DNA of 63,234 nt, counting the filler, from Salisapilia sapeloensis CBS 127946 (taxonomy: Eukaryota > Protista > Oomycota): NCBI GenBank assembly GCA_023334545.1. It is 4 parts of 4 records of this genome, joined end to end, with 100 filler letters (N's around TTAATTAATTAA, not from the genome) between each part and the next. Parts side by side here need not be neighbours in the genome. Positions count along the whole stretch, not along the records: positions 56,175 to 63,234 come from JAADVB010000535.1; 3 more parts are not named here. The stretch is one strand, 5' to 3'. Under the pieces are notes generated by a model. The model made no database searches. It was not told the origin of the DNA and saw only the letters and a list, made by a program, of their open reading frames with translations. Below are positions 56,176 through 63,234 of the stretch, one piece after another. Position 1 is the stretch's first letter, and each line of letters opens with the position of its first letter. Position numbers and translations under genes: made by a program.

Positions 56176-56745
56176 CTCAGCAAGCACTCTTTCTTTACCA
56201 TTGAAACATCAACGTCGACTACGGGTGACGAGACTTTAAAAGCGAAGATGGAGAAGCGAATGCACCGACTCGACCGATTACGAAAGCAAAAGCTAGAGCA
56301 AATCACCAGCGGTAATCATGCGTCAAAGTCGGCCAGAGGTGTGAACAAGACGAAATCCAATCGACAACTTGTGGAAAATGCTATCAAGTTTACTCTGCTT
56401 GCAAACGAATCGTCCAAAGCTGCTCGTGAAAGCACGCTTCAAGCGATACAACAGTCTGTGTGTGGTAACTTTGTCATTCTTGTTAAGAGTGAACGTGAGC
56501 TTTCGTTCAGAGCAGTTTACGAGCACTGGAGCAATCCGACCAAGCTAACTCGGATTGCCGCTCTCAATGACTCAGCAGTTCCGGCTACACTGAGAGACGA
56601 AGATGTTGGGAGGTACTTCAAGTACAACAGTGGCAAGAAGACTCTTCTTCCAATTGACGCGAAGCAATTTACATTGACGACTGACGCGTGTGCTCTTAAA
56701 TCCAAGCGCAAAAATGCTTCCAGGTCCCGACATGAGCTGTACTAG
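56176..56745 (+). CDS. CKK-domain (CAMSAP/Patronin C-terminal) microtubule-binding protein; 5' end probably in the gap
   Basis: The frame is open from the gap edge. A coiled coil precedes SNRQLVENAI..NFVILVK..SFRAVY..YFKYNSGKK..DAC, which matches the CKK pattern. Confidence 0.8.
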   Translation, partial: LSKHSFFTIETSTSTTGDETLKAKMEKRMHRLDRLRKQKLEQITSGNHASKSARGVNKTKSNRQLVENAIKFTLLANESSKAARESTLQAIQQSVCGNFVILVKSERELSFRAVYEHWSNPTKLTRIAALNDSAVPATLRDEDVGRYFKYNSGKKTLLPIDAKQFTLTTDACALKSKRKNASRSRHELY

Positions 56746-57649
56746 AAATGGCATTGCAGTGCGCATATTATACTTGCTTGCGGATAATTTTTTCAAGACA
56801 CTTTCGTGAAGTTTAGATCGCTTTACTGTATCGCCAAGGCTGCTTGGCTATTGGGGCGTCAAGGCTGATCACATATAACCCAACGAATGAGTTGCGAGTC
56901 TACACGGCTTCTTAAACCTGATGTATCCAGCTTTGAGATTCTAGGTTACCAATTCAGTACCCTAGATTATCATATCTATAACAGAGCACCCTCCACGCCC
57001 ATAGACTAAAGATTTTACACAGTTGGCATCCAGATAAACGTAAAAGTACATCCTTTAAAAGTATGGACAAAGTGTTAAAGGTACTTTCTAGCAGTACATG
57101 CAAGATCGAAATGACAACGAGTAAGAAGTGTTACGTCTCTATCGTATTCAAGACTTTCCATGCGACATAGTCAGAACGCGCTTAAGAGCGATAGCATCTA
57201 TCTACGAAAGGACAATAGGAAAACTTAAGATGACCATGATCTCCTATACTTTCGTTAGTAGCTAGCATCTCGACGTACTACTGCAACAGTGCTCGAAAAG
57301 AACAAGTATGTAAAGATACTTATGCCTTTAAGAACAAATGACACCTCAAACTAATCTTGTATTGAGCCATGGATTTACCGAAATCTGTACATGACATTCT
57401 GATGATGAGGGAATGAAACATATCAATATTTACGCAAACCAAGCTGGACGTGGGCAAAGGTGCATCCACTTTTGGATAAACTCGCTGTGCGCAGAGCTGA
57501 AATGTAAGCGTCCATATTTTCCATGACAAAGTATCGAAAACGCACTTGTCAGATGAGCCATGATGGTTTTCTGACTAGATTAACACTTGGCTCAAGGACG
57601 GCGGTTGCTCATTTAAGTGTCATTTGAGCATTTTTTAGTTGTGTTCAAT

Positions 57650-58260
57650 GATGATGAAGTATCCAACCATAGCTCCTTTTGATTGTCGCATCAATTTAGT
57701 ACCTCAAAGTTCGACGTCATTTGTGCACAGCAAGGCACAGGCGGCGACGTAGACAAATGTGTACTAGGCCATCTTGCTCGCATAGCAAGAACATGGCTAC
57801 GGCCTTAAAGTTAATTAATCAAATCTTCGAATAAATCGTCAAAGTGACTATCTTGGTTAGTGATTGAGTCAGTCGTCTGTTGTCTTGAATCGATTTAGTG
57901 GACTCGTTTACGTTACCACCTCGTCACTTCATGCTGATAATCGTTCAGTGCATGCCTGCGTATTATAAAGACATCTTGAAACAAGGTTTTCAAGATCTTT
58001 AAATCTCCATGAAGAAACGTTTTGGCGTCGGCACCGTCGCCGTCGTCACGACCTTCTAATGATATACCTGGCGCTTCCACGTGCCGTGGTCATCGTACGC
58101 TAGACGGAGACCAGCTGTTGAACGAAGCTGTCTACGTATCTTGTAGAAGTGCCGTCCGTTGTCTGCTCGCACAGCCTACGTAAGCAAGCGACTTGCCTCC
58201 TTTCGCCGGTCATCCACTTGAACTTGGCACAAACTGACTAAAGAAACTTTGGCACATCCC
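57650..58260 (-). mobile_element. Possible degenerate Ty1/Copia reverse-transcriptase relic
   Basis: DAKTFLHGDLK (cf. DVKTAFLxGDL) is followed ~250 nt later by PCSCY..FVYVAA..LLCTNDVEL (cf. PCLY..VYVDD), with many stops between. Confidence 0.3.
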
Positions 58261-58538
58261 TGCTATCTTAATTCGTTCTAGAAAGCCACGTAATAAAAGC
58301 GCAGCACTTGGAGCACCAAAGTCGGCATGCTCTAGTCAGACTTTGCCATCTTTACGTGCAGAAACAGGCAGAGTTCGCATAAATCTGCTCCAAAGCACTG
58401 CTCGCCAGTTGCTCTATTCGGTATTCAAACGATAGCTGAAGCGCGTCCAAAAGTCGTGGACGTGTCACCAGATGGGGATCGAAGCACCAAATTTTCAGCC
58501 AATGGAAGAGCTCTCTTGACGTGCGGCGTAAGCCTCCG

Positions 58539-58554
58539 TTCATTCCTCAATCTT
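58539..58554 (+). promoter_or_regulatory. Oomycete-type Inr/FPR element upstream of the GPD gene
   Basis: TTCATTCCTCAATCTT, ~40 nt upstream of the ATG at 58595. Confidence 0.5.
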
Positions 58555-58594
58555 CCTTCGAGAGCACAAGAACAGTCTCCACTAGATATCTACT

Positions 58595-59691
58595 ATGGCC
58601 AAGCGCGTCGCGTTAATCGGATCTGGCAACTGGGGTTCTGCCGTAAGTCTTCTACTTCACACACATACGGAACACCTTTATGTCTTACCTGTCGCTCGAA
58701 CTAGATTGCCCGCATCATTGGTGAAAACACCAAGAAAGACCCGAACTTTGAGAATGAAATCCGCATGTGGGTCTTCGAGGAAGAAGTTAACGGACGCAAA
58801 CTCACCGAGATCATCAACACGGACCACGAGAACGTCAAGTACCTGCCCAACTACAAGCTCCCGGAAAACATCGTGGCTGAGCCGGACCTCGCCAAGGCTG
58901 CCGAGGGCGCTGACATCTTGATCTTCTGCCTCCCGCACCAGTTCCTCCCGCGTGTCCTCACCACGATCAAGGAGGGCGGCATGAAGTCTGACGCCATCGC
59001 CGTCTCCCTCATCAAGGGCATTGACTTTGATGACAACGGAGTCGTCCTTGTCTCTAACATCATCCGCAAGATGCTCAACATTGACTGCAGTGTGCTCATG
59101 GGTGCCAACGTTGCTAACGAAGTCGCTGCCGGTGACTTCTGTGAGTCCACGTTGGGCTGCAGTGACCTCCGTCACGGTGCCATCCTCAAGGACCTCTTTA
59201 ACGACGACAAGTTCCGCATTTCCGTTGCGCTCGACCCGCACGGAGTTGAACTCTGCGGTGCCTTGAAGAACGTTGTTGCTCTTGGTGCTGGTTTCTGCGA
59301 CGGTCTTGGCTACGGTGGCAACACGAAGGCTGCCATCATCCGCATCGGACTGGAAGAGATGAAGAAATTCTGCTTCAAGTACTTTGACGGTGTCAAGGAC
59401 GACACGTTCTTCGAGAGCTGTGGTGTCGCTGACTTGATCACGACATGCTTCGGTGGCCGTAACCGTCGTTGTGCCGAGGCGTTTGTCAAGTCAGGTAAAT
59501 CGTGGGAGGAGCTCGAGAAGGAGATGCTCAACGGCCAGATGCTCCAAGGTACGCTTACATGCAAGGAGACATACGGCATTTTGAAAGAGCAAGGCGCTCT
59601 CGCTCAATTCCCGCTCTTCAAGGCGATCTACCAGGTCGCTTTCGAAAAGGCGGACCCGAAGACCATTGTAGAGCTAGACTACGCGCAGTAA
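58595..59691 (+). CDS. GPD1: Glycerol-3-phosphate dehydrogenase [NAD+]; intron 58643-58704
   Basis: IGSGNWGSA|IARI, MWVFEE, HENVKYLP, SLIKG, MGANVA, GALKNVVA and DLITTCFGGRN. Confidence 0.96.
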
Positions 59692-59801
59692 GCGACATGC
59701 CATCGCCTCCTTCAACGAGGCTGTTTAGATCCATCTACCTCTTTTAGCTAAATTTTCATTCTGAACAAAAAAGGAACACGATAGATGATTGTTCAATACG
59801 T

Positions 59802-60758
59802 TCATCCGCTAAGTCTTATGTGCTTTTCAATCTCCTGCAGTGCGCGCTTCATGTGCTTGGTCGTGGTCAACATGTGATTGCCGCCTTGGACAGCAGCAAA
59901 GCGCTTCGGCTCGCTAGCGTTGTCAAACAGTTGCTGCCCGTACTCGAACGGAACTCCTTTATCTTCCGTCCCATGGATGACCAAGAACGGGCAAAGTGGT
60001 TCGGAAGATGTCACGGCGTTTGGAATATCCAGAATGGTCGGTACGAACTCATCTAGATACTTTTTCCTAAGTTTCAAATAGAACTTCTTTGTGTCCTTCA
60101 ATTGCTCTACATCTCCGACAAACGGCGTTGTGCCATTCGTAGAAAATGCTGCTCCGACCGGCAATGGCGAGTTATCAGGTAGGTAGTATTCCTTGTAGCA
60201 GTAGCCCTCTTTCTTGGCCATTTGCGTTTGGTCATCATTAAAGTCGACGTACAATCCTTTTTCAACATCGTATAAACCAGCGATGACGCTGATAGTATCT
60301 ACCAGTCGCTTGTCTTGATAGACATTCCTACTTGCATCTCGCATCAAACTACCGATGATTGCTCCTGTTGACAATCCGACCAGATGCACTCTCGTGTTCA
60401 CGTCATTCAAAAGATGCTCTCGAACGTACTTGCAGACAGCAATGGTATCGTCAACCTCTTGAGTCACCGTTTTATGCTCAAAATGGAGCTCCTCATCTGA
60501 TCCAGACACGCCTCCAAAGTTAAACGCTACGAGTCCAAAGTTATGCGCTGGAGTGACGAATCGTTCGGCCAATTTTCGTGGTGTCCGACTTGCGAAGTCT
60601 ACAAACAACGGATGAACGGACATATCTGGGAACCCGTGCAAGTAAACAATAATTCCATCTAGAGTAGAGTGATCTATGCTCGGCGTCACGAGGAGACTTC
60701 GAAGGCGGCGAATTCTTTTAGAAGACGCGACTGGTACCTGAAATTCATGGAAATGCAT
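59802..60758 (-). CDS. Alpha/beta hydrolase (Ser nucleophile)
   Basis: YLHGFPD, the GLSTG elbow, IHGTEDKGVP and GGNH. Confidence 0.82.
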   Translation of the reverse strand: MHFHEFQVPVASSKRIRRLRSLLVTPSIDHSTLDGIIVYLHGFPDMSVHPLFVDFASRTPRKLAERFVTPAHNFGLVAFNFGGVSGSDEELHFEHKTVTQEVDDTIAVCKYVREHLLNDVNTRVHLVGLSTGAIIGSLMRDASRNVYQDKRLVDTISVIAGLYDVEKGLYVDFNDDQTQMAKKEGYCYKEYYLPDNSPLPVGAAFSTNGTTPFVGDVEQLKDTKKFYLKLRKKYLDEFVPTILDIPNAVTSSEPLCPFLVIHGTEDKGVPFEYGQQLFDNASEPKRFAAVQGGNHMLTTTKHMKRALQEIEKHIRLSG

Positions 60759-61025
60759 CGTGCAGAGTGATTCTATAACGAATTAAGTAATGAAAATCGA
60801 TGAAAGGATCAATTATTCCCCGTACTCTACTAGTGATTTAGCTGCACAGGCGTATCAATTTTGAATGAAATCTTATTGCTACTGAGACGGTACGGAGACA
60901 ATATATAAATATTTCTAAAGATTAATTATAACAAAGAAAGAGTATAACAATCAGAAATGTTTGAAGGGCAGTATATTCTCAATCTTGTGGCTGAAGCCCG
61001 TTGAACTTGTGGGTAAGCGGTGCTT

Positions 61026-61547
61026 TTAAATTGGTTGGCACTTCGAATACCATTTATTCTGTTGTACGCAACGCGACGTTGGCAAGCACGTGATCTTAGC
61101 ATGAAAGCCGGGATTGCATTCTTCCTCGTCCAACAAGTATGTAATACCATCGGCTATTGGTCGGCATTGGTAGAAGAAAGGAGCGCTCTCATCGCAAACG
61201 GCATCCCCCTCGCATTTTAGATGATCCGTAGGCAGAACGATGCCGCCTTCTTCCACGTACTCTTCATAGCTCCAACCTTCGCCACCACAACGTCCTCCAG
61301 CTGGAACATATTTAATTTGGGTATACCATGGAACATCGTCTGGGATGACAACTTCTTCATTTCCATCCGCTTGAGCCTCAGAGCCTCGCAAATTGCCAGA
61401 TCCATCCGACTCTTTATGCAGGCAAACAACGGTGAGCAACGACTATAGTACAGAAATCCCAAACAATGCCTTACGAGCGGTAGTGGCACGGAAGTTGATC
61501 GCCGCAAACGCAAAGGTCGAGGAGAAAAAGAGTTTGAGAAGCTTCAT
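61026..61547 (-). CDS. Small secreted protein with two CBM1-like (cellulose-binding) modules; intron 61412-61474
   Basis: The spliced N-terminus is MKLLKLFFSSTFAFAAINFRATTA|QSDGSGNLRGSE. The modules are RCGGEGWS..CEGDAVC..FFYQC and C..CLPTSRCVQQNKWYSKC. Confidence 0.75.
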
Positions 61548-61597
61548 TACTGCTTTCAGCGAGAATCGGAGCGTTCGCACGTTCAACCTACTAAGAG

Positions 61598-61613
61598 TAA
61601 ATTTGGCAATGAT
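61598..61613 (-). promoter_or_regulatory. Inr/FPR-like element upstream of the CBM1 gene
   Basis: The minus strand reads ATCATTGCCAAATTTA, ~50 nt upstream of the ATG at 61547. Confidence 0.4.
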
Positions 61614-63088
61614 TCGTAGGGGCACAAAAGTAGTTGACCGTTTCACCATTTTCCGTTTTACAGCTTCCGTAAGTGCAGACATTTTCTTTGCTGAAACGGA
61701 TACTTCAATATATTCATGAAACCACTAATATAATCGACTTTGAAAAAGTCTGAGATCACGCCTCCGATCTCATCGCGATTCGATGCGTACATCAAAATGG
61801 ATTTACCGACAAATATAATCATACTTCCGAGTTGGAAGATGGCACCTCGTTACCGAGTAGGATGAGTTAAGTTATGGTTCAGATAGCTGAGGTGATAGAC
61901 ACTCGGACTTTCGCAACTTGTCACATCTTACAGATCTAGACCTGGAAATGAGCAAATGTCCAGGCTAATTCCTGAAATCCAATGACGCCTACATCATAGC
62001 GCCTTTAAGTGTCAACAAAATATTTCGACTTCACCGCAAAACAAAGTGTCGAACGTCTGATGTGACCTCTTGGATGTCTTTGTTACAATGTTAAAGACGG
62101 GCAAGCCTAAATACCGCTCCGACTCATTCTAGCTCTATAAGTGACTAATAGAACTATGATCTACCTGACAGTCTACAAATGCATAACAGCATCTCTCTAT
62201 CGAGACAGCTTGCATATTCTCAAGTACACTTATATTTAATATCATACTCTTAATAGTAAGTGGTCACTACGCATGTCGTATCGATGTGAGATACGCCTAG
62301 AGCCAAAGTGAGTAAATTTCACGATGCATGTTATGTATGCACAACTATAACGAAGAGCACACTACAAGACACATCTCTTGCCACTTCGATATAGTTGGAT
62401 CATATTTCTTACTTAATGTACTCCTTGACACTTCTTAACCCAAGAAAATCTCATACTATCGGATCCGATGCCTTGCGTGCGTATCCCTGTATAAAACCAG
62501 TTCTCTTCGCAAAGAGTTACCGTATTCCTTATAGCAAAATCCGTTCCTGCCACCTTTCGATGTATCTCACAAACTTTGCATCGATACATGCTACATAGCT
62601 ATTCTGCTTCCTGTTCGATCGAGCGCCCTTATCGAAATCGTTCAGCTGGTCGTCTGTATTCTACCAACAAGTCTGGAAGATGGGTAAAAAGATGTAGTCT
62701 AGCTAGCAACACCGACAGCATAGAACGCACATCAAGCAATGGCACTAATCTCTCAGTAGGTAAATAGTATACGTTTCCTGACTAACACGATTTGTATCCA
62801 GTTGTGTCCTTGACTTTCATCGCCTATCTGATATGATCTACAAATTGGCCGATCGATTGATGCGACACAACTCTTGAACCTTTTAATGAGATCTCTAGAT
62901 AATTTGTTCATCCAAAAGAGAAAAGGAAGCGGGCTTTCTTTTTAAACTCTACCTTTTTCGTATCTCAGCGTAGAAGAAGCCTCACTACAACACTCATACA
63001 CTTGTAACTCAAGCTACATCATCACAAATATATTTGAATTCTAATCAAGAATATAAACTATTATCTATCTTCGACTTGTATCCAATCT

Positions 63089-63234
63089 CTACCTCAGATA
63101 GACATCTTCGCCGGCGGCCATGTCCCTCGCCTGTTTGAGTCTCTCGATGAACTGCCACAGACCGGCGTTCTGCTTCATCTTCGCCAAGTGGCTTTCGTGG
63201 GCTTCCAGCATCGCGCTGAAGCCCTCCTCTGCCC
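63089..63234 (-). CDS. Partial GC-rich coding sequence entering from beyond the window end; unidentified
   Basis: Open frame AEEGFSAMLEAHESHLAKMKQNAGLWQFIERLKQARDMAAGEDVYLR*, with coding-like GC3 against an AT-rich flank. Confidence 0.45.
   Translation of the reverse strand, partial: AEEGFSAMLEAHESHLAKMKQNAGLWQFIERLKQARDMAAGEDVYLR

Noticed and set aside
62395-62767. YRCKVC..VTLC on the minus strand, resembling a piggyBac C-terminal Cys-rich domain
   Set aside because: It is a single partial motif among stops, with no catalytic region or TTAA-flanked ends identified.

Overview
Eukaryotic draft-scaffold DNA, most likely an oomycete or close pseudofungal stramenopile. This is inferred from ~55-110 nt spliceosomal introns, flagellar genes, CBM1 modules and oomycete-type Inr/FPR promoter motifs; the organism cannot be named from sequence alone. 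About 35 protein-coding genes sit in tightly packed clusters, separated by AT-richer deserts, two of which carry weak Copia-like relics. Three identical 100-nt artificial gap spacers (44N-TTAATTAATTAA-44N) truncate three genes. I assembled the gene models by hand from the ORF track plus GT/GC-AG junctions, so exon borders are approximate unless stated. No rRNA, tRNA or CRISPR array was recognised. The most interesting items are: (1) a tandem pair of CFAP61-family genes, each with two adenylate kinase domains inserted at the same point in the CFAP61 N-terminal region; (2) a His-rich repeat protein whose repeat resembles the plant dehydrin K-segment; (3) a probably domesticated hAT-transposase derivative with three BED-like zinc fingers; (4) an IFT54 with a duplicated CH domain; (5) a small secreted protein with two CBM1-like modules; (6) an obligatory GC-AG intron; and (7) an in-frame stop in a putative aspartic-protease signal peptide.
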